Source: an uncultured delta proteobacterium (GTDB lineage: Bacteria > Myxococcota > Myxococcia > SLRQ01). Taken from it: a stretch of DNA of 64,000 nt. Under the pieces are notes generated by a model. The model saw only the letters and a program-made list of their open reading frames with translations, ran no database searches and was not told the origin of the DNA. The position numbers and the translations under genes are program-made. Of the stretch, positions 29,982 to 43,941 are shown piece by piece (the first letter of the stretch is position 1; the number at the start of each line of letters is the position of its first letter). The stretch spans positions 384,001 to 448,000 of the forward strand of contig CAVSGM010000001.1 in the NCBI GenBank assembly GCA_963727485.1, read 5' to 3'.

Positions 29982-30646
29982 GCCGCGGCTGGTCCCTGGG
30001 GAAGCTCTTCGGCTTCCCCCTCTACCTCGATCCCAGCGCGGTGCTGGTCCTGGCGCTCATCCTCTTCATGGGCGGATGGGGCAACCTGGTCACCAGCGGC
30101 GTCTTCGTCCTCGCCATCGCCGTCTCGGTGGTGATCCACGAGCTCGGCCACGCGGTGGTCATCAAGGCCATGGGCTGGGACGCGGAGATCGTCATCCACG
30201 GCTTCGGGGGGGTGACCCTCTCCCAGAGCCGGCCCCGGCCCTGGCAGCAGGTGGGCATCAGCCTCGCCGGCCCGGTGATGAACGGCCTGCAGATGGGCGT
30301 GGCCTTCGCCCTGCTCCTGGCCCTCGGCGACCCCCTGCGTCTGACCGGCGTCGGGGCCTCCGCCTCGCTCCCCATCCTCTTTCTCGACAACTTCTTCCTG
30401 GTGAACCTGCTCCTCGGCGTCTTCAACATCCTCCCCATCTACCCCCTCGACGGGGGCCAGGCGTTCCAGTCCGTGCTCCGGGTCTTCGTCCCCGCCCGGG
30501 CCCAGCAGGTGACCGCCTACGTGGGGCTGGTGCTCTCGGTCCTGGTCTGCGCCTACGGGGCGGCGACGCGGTGGTGGTTCCTGCTCTTCATCGCGGTCTT
30601 CCTCCTGGCCCAGAACTGGAACATGCTGCGGGCCCAGACCACCTAG
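29978..30646 (+). CDS. Site-2 protease (peptidase M50)
   Basis: HELGH zinc motif, [16 protein letters not shown]. Confidence 0.92.
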   Translation: MSRGWSLGKLFGFPLYLDPSAVLVLALILFMGGWGNLVTSGVFVLAIAVSVVIHELGHAVVIKAMGWDAEIVIHGFGGVTLSQSRPRPWQQVGISLAGPVMNGLQMGVAFALLLALGDPLRLTGVGASASLPILFLDNFFLVNLLLGVFNILPIYPLDGGQAFQSVLRVFVPARAQQVTAYVGLVLSVLVCAYGAATRWWFLLFIAVFLLAQNWNMLRAQTT

Positions 30647-30756
30647 GGAATCGCGCTGGCAAAGCGCCAAGGTCCCTGATATTGCATGGGATCGACGCGG
30701 GTCTCCCGTGACCCGCCGTCCTTGGAGGGGCACCGGCGGCCGAAGGGTCCCTGAAG

Positions 30757-31660
30757 ATGCACGCGCTCAAGTTCATCAGCGGGAAGTACCAGGGCGGCGA
30801 GTTCCCCCTGCGCGCCAACCGCGAGATCGTCATCGGTCGGTCCAGCGACCTCGACATGGTCCTGGTCGAGGACATGGTCTCCCGCAAGCACGCCAAGATC
30901 GTCACCAGTGAAGAGAACGTGGTGATCCAGGATCTGGGCAGCACCAACGGGACCTTCGTCAACAGCGAGAAATCAAGAAGGCCCGCCTCAAGGAGGGCGA
31001 CCGGATCCTCATCGGCACCAGCATCCTCAAGCTGGTGCACAAGGCCGAGGGGGCGAGCGCCGCCGACGAGGCCGCCGCCAAGGACGCCCTGGCCCAGGCG
31101 GCCAGCCAGAAGCGCTCCGACTCCACCATGAGCGGGCGCATCGAGGACGTCCCGGTCCCCGACCTCCTCCAGCTCTTCCAGACCAGCAAGCGCAGCGGCG
31201 TCCTGGTCATCAAGGGCGACCAGACCGGCAAGATCTACCTGCGCGACGGACGGGTCTACTACGCCATCATCGGCGACGACCACGACCTCGGGCCCCAGAA
31301 GTCGTTCAACCGCATGGTCGCCTGGGAGCAGGGCGTCTTGGAGCTCGCCCCGCCCACCGGCGAGGAGTTCATGATCGAGCTCGACGAGTCCACCGAGGCC
31401 CTGCTGATGGAGGCCCTCCGGCAGCTCGACGAGCTCCGGCAGATCCGGCCGAGCTCCCGCCGCTGGGGTCCCAGCTGGCCCTGGAGACCCCCCTGGCCGC
31501 GCCGCTCCGGGACCTCGAGCCCGAGCAGCTCGACACCCTGCAGCTGGTCATCAACTTCCAGACCCTGCAGGACATCCTCGACGGGGCCGACGGCACCGAC
31601 CTCGAGACCTCGCAGGCCCTCCTCCGGCTCCTGCGCAAGGGCTACATCCGAGAGGCGTAG
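30757..31660 (+). CDS. FHA domain + DUF4388 protein (frameshifts near 30970 and 31450-31490)
   Basis: IGRSS...VSRKHA...DLGSTNGTFVN (FHA); MSGRIEDVPVPDLLQLF...SGVL...LLMEALRQLDE (DUF4388). Confidence 0.85.
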
Positions 31661-31688
31661 CCGCCCGCCTGCCGCGCCCCGCCCCTGC

Positions 31689-33131
31689 CTACGGGCACTG
31701 GGTGGCGGAGGCGCAGAGGATCCCGCTGGGCGCGGTGTTGGGCGGGAGGCTCTCGGTGGTGGTGCTGGCGGTGGGGTAGGGCGTGCGCGAATGTGGATCG
31801 CGCTGATGTTCCAGGGCTCGTTGGTCGTGGTCACCGTGGGGTCGATGGTGTTGGTGATCACGAAGTTGACGTCCTTGTTCTGGAGGTAGGTCGCCCGGGC
31901 GTTGATGCCGTTGAGGGCGCCGGTGTCCGGGTCGAAGGTGAGCCGGAGTAGTTCGAGGGGAGGTTGGCGCTGTCCGGGGCCACGGTGGCGTCGTTGGCGT
32001 TGACGGTGATGCTCATGGTGTCCGAGCCGCCGTCGGGCAGCGACGCCACCGGGTTGAGGTTCTGGTCGAGGAGGGTGACCCCGATGGTGGCGCTGTCCCC
32101 GGGCTTGATGTTGACCGACGTTGCTCCCGGCTGCTGCCCCCGGTCCCGGTGGTGGTGCCACAGGGCCAGGCCCGCCTTGGCCGGCGCCGCCCCGTCCACC
32201 GGACCGGTCATCAGCACCTTGACCCAGCGCCAGATGGCGGTGGTGCCGGCGCCCGAGGGACCGGAGTAGGCGCCGTTGCCGTCGGCGTCGTAGTACTGCT
32301 CGCCGGGGTCGAAGGTGCCGTTGTCATTGGCGTCGACGAAGGGCTCGCCATGGAGTGCGTCCTGGGAGGCGTCGGGCTTGCCCATGGTCCAGACCACCAG
32401 GGTGGCAATGCCGTCCCGGGGGTTGTGGGTGATGGCGCCGGTGTTCTCGGTCCACCGGGGCTCGCCGGTGTCCGTGGGGCCCGCGGCTCGGCACGTCCTT
32501 GGGGTGGTCGCCGGGGTTGACCTCCCACACCAGGGCCCCGGTGTCGGGTGTAGAGCTTGAGGTTGCCGGCCTCGGTGAGGAAGTGGAACCGGTTGGTGTA
32601 ACGATACGTCGTTGCCGTTGACGTCCTTGGCCGAGAGCTGGCAGGGACATCCACCGGGCCGGCGCCGGGCGGGGGCACGCCCAGGTTCTCGATGGCGCAG
32701 GAGAACTTGAAGCCACCCCGTGGAAAGGAGGCAGCGCGCCGCCCACCTGCACCGGGGCCTCGGCCTGGTGGGTCTCTCCGTAGTCGTCGGTGAACGAGCC
32801 GCTGATCTTGTAGTCGCCCAGGGTCTGGGCGGGAACCGACTTGACCGTGGCCGCGCCGGCGGTGGTCGAGAGGGTGGTGGTGTTCAGGGTGTTGTCGGTG
32901 GGGTCGAAGCTCCCGCCGCTCACCGTGAGGTTGATTGAGGTCCCGTCGCTGACCGCGGCCTTCTCGAACACCGCCCGGACCTCCACGGTGGCGGTGGACT
33001 TGCCGTCGGCGGGGACCTGGTCGGGGTTCGCGTTGATGGTGAGGAAGCTTCCTCCGCCTCCGCCGCAGCCGGAGGGACCGGTGATCAGGAGGCCGCCGGC
33101 GAAGAGGCCGGGAGGAGCGGAAGGAGAGCAT
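31689..33131 (-). CDS. Secreted/lipoprotein with an invasin/Ig-like domain and DxDxNG-type Ca-binding motifs (multiple frameshifts)
   Basis: Fragments in several frames: SGCGGGGG, ANPDQVPADGKSTATV, and GEPFVDANDNGTFDPGEQYYDADGNG. Confidence 0.6.
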
Positions 33132-33233
33132 GGAGTCGGATGGAACGGCGCATGGTCGGGGATTCTAGCCGAGTGGCAGCCCGCGAGCGAGCCCAGCGCT
33201 TGCCGGCCCCCGGGCCCGGGGTACAACCGGGGC

Positions 33234-34207
33234 ATGATGTAGCGGCCCCCCGGCTCGGCACGGCTCCCCGGGCCCCAGGACCTCCGGGGCCGGAAAATCC
33301 TCATGGTGGACGACGACGCCGCCAACCGGCGCTTCGTCCGCGCGGCCTCGGCGACCACTACGAGTTCCTCGAGGCCGGCGACGGCGAGGAGGCGCTGTCC
33401 CTGGTCCGCGACTACCTCCCCGACCTGGTGATCTCCGACGTGGAGATGCCCGGGATGACCGGCTTCGAGCTCTGTCGCATCCTCAAGAGCGGCGACCGGT
33501 TCTCCTTCATCCCGGTGATCCTGATGACCGCCGACCCGAGAGCCACTCCAAGGTGGAGGGCCTCGACCTCGGCGCCGACGACTACCTGATCAAGCCCCTC
33601 AACCTCCTGGAGCTCGGGGCCCGGGTGCGGTCGATGCTCCGCCTCAAGGCGCTCCGGGACGAGCTCTGGTCACCAACCAGCGCCTCCACGAGATCGAGCA
33701 GAAGCTCCACGAGCGGTCGATGTACGACACGCTCACCGGCATCTTCAACCGCCTCTACTTCACCAAGCGCTTCGACTACGAGTACCAGCGCGCCGCCCGG
33801 TACGCCATCCCCCTGACCTGCGTGATGATCGACATCAATCACTTCAAGCGGGTCAACGACACCCACGGCCACCAGGCCGGCGACCAGGTGCTCCGGGGGG
33901 TGGCGGGGATCCTCGAGGGGGCCCTGCGCAAGGTCGACCTCATCGCCCGTTACGGCGGCGAGGAGATGGTCGTCATCCTCCCCCAGACGCCGCTGGAGCG
34001 GGGCCACGAGGTCGCCGAGCGCCTCCGGGCGGCGGTGGCTGCCGCCGAGTTCTCCGACGGGCGCACGTCCCTCCGGTGCACCATCAGCCTCGGCGTCGCC
34101 GCCTACCCCCACGAAGGGGTGGAGAGCGAGGACGATCTCCTCCGCCTCGCCGACGAGGCCCTGTACCGGGCCAAGGCCGCCGGTCGCAACCGGGTCGAGG
34201 TCCAGAC

Positions 34208-34211
<4 letters not shown>
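33234..34211 (+). CDS. Response regulator-diguanylate cyclase (REC-GGDEF, PleD/WspR-like), frameshifted
   Basis: PDLVISDVEMPGMTG, GADDYLIKP, DTLTGIFNR, DINHFKRVNDTHGH, RKVDLIARYGGEEM, ADEALYRAK. Confidence 0.85.
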
Positions 34212-37366
<3,155 letters not shown>

Positions 37367-37373
37367 GGAGCCG

Positions 37374-39612
37374 GTGACGCGCGGCGACACCCCGGTCACG
37401 GTCCGGCTCCGGCTCCCGTACCCGGACGCGCCCGCGTTCGTGGCGGCGTTCGCCCGCCACGTCACCGGGGGCCGCCTCTACCTGCCGACCCGCCAGGACC
37501 TCCCGAAGGGGACGGTGATCCGCTTCGAGCTCCTCGACCAGGGGGGGCGGCGGCTCCTCCTCGGCGAGGGCCCGGTGGTCGCCGACTCGGGGCCCGGGGG
37601 GCGGGTGGGGGTGAGGGTGCGGGTCCAGCGCCTCGCCGGCCCCAGCAAGCCCTTGTGGGCCGAGCTCACCCAGGACGCCGAGGCGACCGACACCGCCGCC
37701 GACGAGGACGCCGAGGCCCCGACCCAGACCTCCACGGTGTCCCTCCCGGAGGCCGGGGCCGACGCCCCCGCGGACCTCCGGTCGGTCCTCGCCGACGCGC
37801 GGATCCCCGAGCCCGCCGACGCCGCCGACGCCCACACCCCCGAGCCCGTCCGCGAGTTCCCCTGGGAGGAGCCCGGGGGCGAGGACGCGGACGCCGGGAC
37901 CGAGGGCCCGGAGGAGACCCTGGTCGGCGTCTTCGCCCAGCCCACCTCCCTGCCGGTGGCGGCGCCCTCCCTGGGCATCGATCTGGGCACCAGCCGCACC
38001 CTGGCCGCGGTCGCCGACCAGGGCCGGGCGCGGATGGTGCGCCTCGGGGACCCCGGTGGGGGCCTGGCCTCGGTGGTGGCCCCGGGGGAGTGGGGCGGCC
38101 TCGAGGTCGGGGTGGCCGCCCTCCGCCGGCGCCTGGAGCAGCCCGAGAAGACCATCTTCGGGGCCAAGCGCCTCCTGGGCCGGAAGTTCCACGCCGCCAC
38201 CACCCAGGCCCTGCGCCGCACGCTCCCCTATCCCCTGGTCGCCGACGACGCCGGGGGCGTGGCGGTCCCCCTCGACGACGGCGCCCTGACCATCACCGAG
38301 GTCCACGCCCGGATCCTCGACGTGGTGCGCACGGTGGTCACCGAGGAGGCCGGCGCCGCGCCAAAGCGGGTGGTGATCTCGGTCCCCGCGCACTTTGGCG
38401 ACGCCCAGCGCGCGGCGGTGCGCGAGGCGGGGCTCCTCGCGGGGCTGGAGGTCACCCGCATCGTCAGCGAGCCCACCGCGGCGGCCCTGGCCTACGGCTA
38501 CGGCCGGGGCCTCGCCGCCAAGCGCCTGGTGGTCTACGACCTCGGCGGGGGCACCTTCGACGTCTCGGTCCTCACCGTCTCCGGCGACCGCTTCGAGGTG
38601 GTGGCCACCGGCGGCGATGCCTTCCTCGGTGGGGTCGACTTCGACCTGCGGGTGGTGCGCCGGCTCCTCGAGGCCATGGCGGCCCAGGGCGGCCCCGCCG
38701 AGCCGGGACCCAGGCTCCTGGAGCGCCTGCTGATGGCCGCCGAGGAGGCCAAGGTCGCCCTCTCCGAGAAGGACAGCCACCAGAATCCGCCTCCAGGCCC
38801 TCTGGGAGGACGACGCCGGCGACGAGCACGACCTGGCCCTGGCGCTCACCCGCGGGGAGCTGGAGCAGCTCACGGCCGATCTGGTGGAGCGGACCGTGGC
38901 CATGACCCTCGAGGTCCTGGCCCAGCGCGAGCTCACCCCGGACCTCGTCGACGCGGTGCTCCTGGTCGGCGGCCAGTCGCGGATGCCGCGGGTAAGGGCG
39001 CGGGTGACCGAGCTCTTCGGCGCGCCGCCCCGGGACGACGTGGACCCGGTGGAAGCGGTGGCCCTCGGCTGCGCGCTCCTCGCCGGGAGCCTGGGCACCG
39101 GCGACGACCCCGAGGCCCCGGCGGTGCAGCTCCGGGACGTCCTCTCCATCGGCATCGGGGTGGGGCTGCCCGACGGGCGCCTGCTCCCGATCATCGAGGC
39201 GGCGACCCCCATCCCCTGCGAGCGCACCCTCCGCGTCGCCACCTCCGCCGACGACCAGCCGTCCCTGGAGGTCGTGGTGTTCCAGGGGCCCGGCCCCACC
39301 CTCGACGACGCCGAGTTCCTCGGGAGCCTCGCCTTCGTGGGGCTGCCCCCGGGGAAGGCCGGCGAGGTGAGCCTCCAGGTGCGCTTCACCCTCGACCCCG
39401 AGGGCCTCCTCGAGGTGCAGGCGGTCAGCGAGGCCACCGGCGAGGCGGTGGCCCGGGTCCTCTCCACCGCGGACACCCCCGAGGCCCTCCGGGCCCGCCT
39501 CGCCGAGGGCCGGGCGGTGATCCACGACCTCACCCTGCCCGGGGCCCTCGCCGCCGGCGACCGGGGCTTCCTCTCGGGGCTCCGGCGCCGCCTCTTCAAG
39601 GGCGAGCGATGA
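37374..39612 (+). CDS. Hsp70/DnaK-like protein with an N-terminal TIGR02266/PilZ-like domain (frameshift near 38780)
   Basis: N-terminal VRLRLPYPD...GGRLYL...GTVIRFEL; GIDLGT, VYDLGGGTFDVS, LGGVDFD, LVGGQSRMP. Confidence 0.85.
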
Positions 39613-39643
39613 CCCCGGCGCGCCCGTCTCCGGGGCCGCGGCC

Positions 39644-40442
39644 GTGAAGCGCACCCTCCTGGTCGCTGCCGCCGCCGCCCTGGTCTCCGCCGGCATCACC
39701 ATCTGGGTGAACCGGCCGCCGCGGGTCGACGACACCTGGCGCCAGGTGGCGCCGGGGGTGGCCCACCGGGCGGTGATGCTCCCGGGCGGGGTGGGGGCCG
39801 AGGCCTTCCGGATCGAATCTCTCCCGGGCGCGGATCGAGGTGGTCGACGCGCGCCCGGGCGGCGGCCGCGCCACCGCCCGGGAGCTGCGCCAGCGGGTCC
39901 CCGGGGCGGTGCTCGCGGTCAACGGCGGGTTCTTCGACGAGAGCGGTGCCCCCATGGGCCTGGTGCGCACCGGTGGCCAGGAGACCAACCCCCTGCGCCA
40001 CGCCGACTGGGGGGTGTTCTGGGTCGCCGGAGAGACGGCGGGCATCGTCCACGCCCGGGCCTGGCGCGCCCACCCGGAGGCCGGCGCCACCGAGGCGATC
40101 CAGGCGGGCCCCCGGCTGGTGGTCGACGGCCAGCCCATGAAGCTCAAGCCCCAGGTGGCCCGGCGCACGGTGATCTGCGTCCGCCGCCCGGGGCAGGTGG
40201 TGCTGCTGGTCACCGAGCCGGTGGGAGCGCCGAGCCTCGCCGGGTGGCTCTCGCGCCCCGCCCGCCGCGGGGGCCTCGGGTGCCACGACGCCCTGAACCT
40301 CGACGGCGGGCCGTCGACCCAGGCGTCCCTGCGCGCCGGCGACACCCGCCTGGAGGTCCTCGGCGGGTGGCCGGTGCCCACCGGGCTGGTGGTGGTGCCC
40401 CGGGCCGAGGTCGCCGACGGGGGCGCGCGCGGGGATCGCTGA
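39644..40442 (+). CDS. Phosphodiester glycosidase family protein (frameshift near 39815)
   Basis: AVNGGFF, AIQAGPRLV, ARRT and ALNLDGGPS motifs. Confidence 0.82.
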
Positions 40443-40842
40443 GCGGGTCCGGGGGGGCCGCCGCCGCGTGGCGGCGCGCCGGGGCCCTGTCCTGGATCAG
40501 CGTTCTCGGGGACGGGGGTTCCGCGCCCTGGGCGCACCGGCCTCGTCCCGGTGAGGCAAACCCTGCGTCCGCGCGCGCACGCAACCCGGCCCGGGGGTGT
40601 TGGAGTTGCCGACCCGGACCTCCATATTTCACTTTCACGCGCGATAATCGCGGCTCCCGTGGACGCGCATTTCGTGCTGTCCCGTCTGCCCCATATCGTC
40701 CTCGTCGACGACAGCCTGTCAGGATATCGGCCACGCGAGACATGCCCCTGACATGAACCGTCGGAGAGCTGACACCGGGCCCGAAAGGTATAGAAAGGCC
40801 CCAGTCATTTACGCCTCGCCCTTCGAAGAAAGCGGTGCAGCC

Positions 40843-43837
40843 ATGTCCGACCTTCGCTTCTCCCCTCGCTCCCTGCTGCCGGCCCTCGCCGGGATGCTCC
40901 TCGTCGCCGGGTGCGGGACCGGCAGCCTGACGATGCCCGGCTCGACCACCACCGTGGCCGGCGCCACCCACATCCCCGAGGCCCTCCAGCGTGTGGTCAA
41001 GCACCCCACCCAGGCGCTCTGCCCCGACACCCACGAGCCCGGGGTGATGCACTGCATGGCCCAGGTCCGCGCCAAGCCCACCGGGGGCATCCAGTTCTTC
41101 GCCACCTCCTACGGCTTCGGCCCCTCGGACATCCAGAGTGCCTACAACCTGCCCACCTCCGGCGGGTCCGGGATGACGGTGGCCATCGTCGACGCCAACG
41201 ACGACCCCAGCGCCGAGAGCGACCTGGCGACCTACCGCTCCCACTACGGCCTGCCGCCGTGCACCACGGCCAACGGCTGCTTCAAGAAGGTCAACCAGAA
41301 CGGACAGCAGGGCAGCTACCCCGCGGCCGACAGCGGCTGGGCCGGCGAGATCGCCCTCGACCTCGACATGGTCAGCGCCGCCTGCCCCAGCTGCAAGATC
41401 CTCCTGGTCGAGGCGGACAGCGCCACCATGGCCAACCTCGGCGCGGCGGTGAACACCGCGGTGAGCCTCGGGGCCAACGCCGTGAGCAACAGCTACGGTG
41501 GCTCGGAGAGCTCGAGCGACAACGGCTACGACTCCAGCTACTTCAACCACCCGGGCGTGGCCATCTTCGCCAGCGCCGGTGACAGCGGCTACGGGGTCGA
41601 GTACCCGGCGGCCTCGGCCTACGTCACCTCCGTGGGCGGCACCAGCCTCGCCCAGTCGAGCGCCAGCTCGCGCGGGTGGGTGGAGAGCGTCTGGGGTTCC
41701 ACCAGCAACGCCAACGGCGGCACCGGCTCCGGCTGCTCCAGCTACACCAGCAAGCCCAGCTGGCAGACCGACAGCGGCTGCAGCGGCCGGATGGTCGCCG
41801 ACGTCTCCGCCGTCGCCGACCCCAACACCGGCGTCGCGGTCTACGACTCCTACGGCTCCGGCGGGTGGATCCAGGTCGGCGGCACCAGCGCCGCCAGCCC
41901 CCTGGTCGCCGCCATCTACGCCCTCACCGGCCACATCAACGACGCGCTGGGCTACGGCTACGGCCACACCGGTGACTTCTACGACGTGACCAGCGGCTCC
42001 AACGGCAGCTGCTCCTCCGGCCCCTCCTACTACTGCAACGGCGTCGCCGGCTACGACGGCCCCACCGGCATCGGCACCCCCGACGGCCAGGCCCTCCTCG
42101 CGGGCGGCGGCGGCACCAGCAGCACCTTCAGCGTGGCCCTGAACCCGGCCACCGGCAGCGGCGCCCCCGGCGACACCGTGACCTACACCGTCGAGACCAC
42201 CTCGCTCGCCTCCCCGGCCGGCTCGGTGGGCCTCTCGGTCACCGGGCTGCCCTCGGGCGTCACCTCTGCCTTCAACCCCAGCTCGGTGACCGCCGGCAGC
42301 ACCTCGACCCTCACCCTCACCCTCGGGACCGGTGCCTCGGCGGCGACCACCTCCTTCACCGTGACCGGCACCGCCGGCTCCGAGTCCCACACCGCCACCG
42401 GCTCCATCACCGTCACCAGCACCAGCGGCGGCGGCGGCGGGACCGGCGGGGGCACCGGCGGCGCCACCGCCCTGACCAACGGCGTCCCGGTGACCGGCCT
42501 CTCCGGCGCCAAGGGCGCCCAGACGGGCTTCACCCTCGACGTGCCCGCGGGCGCCACGGGCCTCAAGTTCACCCTCTCCGGGGGCACCGGTGACGCCGAC
42601 CTGTACGTGAAGTTCGGCTCGGCGCCGACCCTCTCCAGCTACGACTGCCGGCCGTATGTCACCGGCAACAGCGAGACCTGCACCATCTCCAACATCCAGA
42701 CCGGCACCTACTACGTGATGCTCAACGCCTACGCCGCCTACTCCGGCGTGACCCTCACCGGCAGCTACACCGCGGCGAGCGGCGGCGGCGGCGGCGGGAC
42801 CGGTGGCGGCACCGGCGGCGCCACGGCGCTCACCAACGGGGTCCCGGTGACCGGGCTCTCCGGCGCCAAGGGCACCCAGGCGAGCTTCACCCTCGACGTC
42901 CCCGCGGGCGCCACGAACCTCACCTTCGCCATCTCCGGCGGCACCGGCGACGCCGACATGTACGTGAAGTTCGGCTCGGCCCCCACCACCTCGAGCTACG
43001 ACTGCCGGCCGTATGTCACCGGCAACAGCGAGACCTGCACCATCTCCAACATCCAGACCGGCACCTACTACGTGATGCTCAACGCCTACGCCGCCTACTC
43101 CGGCGTGACCCTCACCGGCAGCTACACCGCGGCGAGCGGCGGCGGGGGTGGGGGCACCGGCGGTGGCACCGGCGGCGGCACCGGCAACGCCCTGACCAAC
43201 GGCGTCCCGGTCTCCAGCCTCTCCGGCGCCACCGGCTCCGACACCTACTACACCCTCGACGTCCCCGCCGGCGCCACCAACCTGGTCTTCAAGACCTCGG
43301 GGGGCAGCGGCGACGTGGACCTCTACGTGAAGTTCGGCAGCGACCCGACCCTCTCGAGCTACGACTGCCGGCCCTACGTCGGCGGCAACAACGAGACCTG
43401 CACCATCACCGCGGTGCAGGCCGGCACCTACCACGTGATGCTCCACGGCTATCAGGCCTACGCCGGCGTCACCCTCACCGGCAGCTACGCCGCCGGGAGC
43501 GGCGGCGACCGGCGGCGGCACCGGTGGCGGCAACGTGCTCACCAGCGGCGTGGCGGTGAGCGTCTCCGGCGCCACCGGGAGCAAGACCTACTACACCCTG
43601 GACGTTCCCGCCGGGGCGAGCAGCCTCACCTTCAGCATCTCCGGCGGCACCGGGGACGCGGATCTCTACGTGAAGTTCGGCAGCGACCCCACGACCACCA
43701 GCTACGACTGCCGGCCGTACCTCTACGGCAACAACGAGACCTGCACCATCTCCAACGTCCAGACCGGCACCTACCACGTGATGATCAACGGGTACCAGAC
43801 GTACTCGGGGGTCGCCCTGGTGGGCCAGTACCAGTAA
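40843..43837 (+). CDS. Sedolisin-like (S53/S8) serine protease with four C-terminal PPC domains (frameshift near 43508)
   Basis: LVAGC lipobox; EIALDLD, SAGDSG, GGTSAASP and YDGPTGIGTP; four ~119-aa GDADLYVKFG...YDCRPY..GN.ETC repeats. Confidence 0.9.
42466..43834 (+). repeat. Four tandem ~357-bp PPC-coding repeats; 42637-42788 is identical to 42994-43145
   Basis: Direct base-by-base comparison. Confidence 0.9.
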
Positions 43838-43859
43838 CGCCCCGAACGGCGGCGTGAAC

Positions 43860-43903
43860 CGTGGGGCGGTGGGACCGGGGGTCCTGCCGCCCCACGTCCG
43901 TTT
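43860..43903. terminator. GC-rich hairpin between the convergent protease and gshA genes (possible terminator)
   Basis: CGTGGGGCGG (43860-43869) pairs with CCGCCCCACG (43887-43896), with an inner GGACC/GGTCC stem. The U tract is only short. Confidence 0.55.
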
Positions 43904-43941
43904 GGGGGCCGGCCCCGCGGGTCATCGGGCGGGCGGACGCC

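Noticed and set aside
30655..30690. Possible sigma54 promoter (GG...TTGC) before the FHA gene
   Set aside because: GG-to-GC spacing is 11 nt rather than the required 10.
40754..40800. Glycine-riboswitch-like words (GAACC..GGAGAGCT..ACACCG)
   Set aside because: The GAAGG/CTCTCAGG elements and second aptamer are missing, and the downstream gene is unrelated to glycine.
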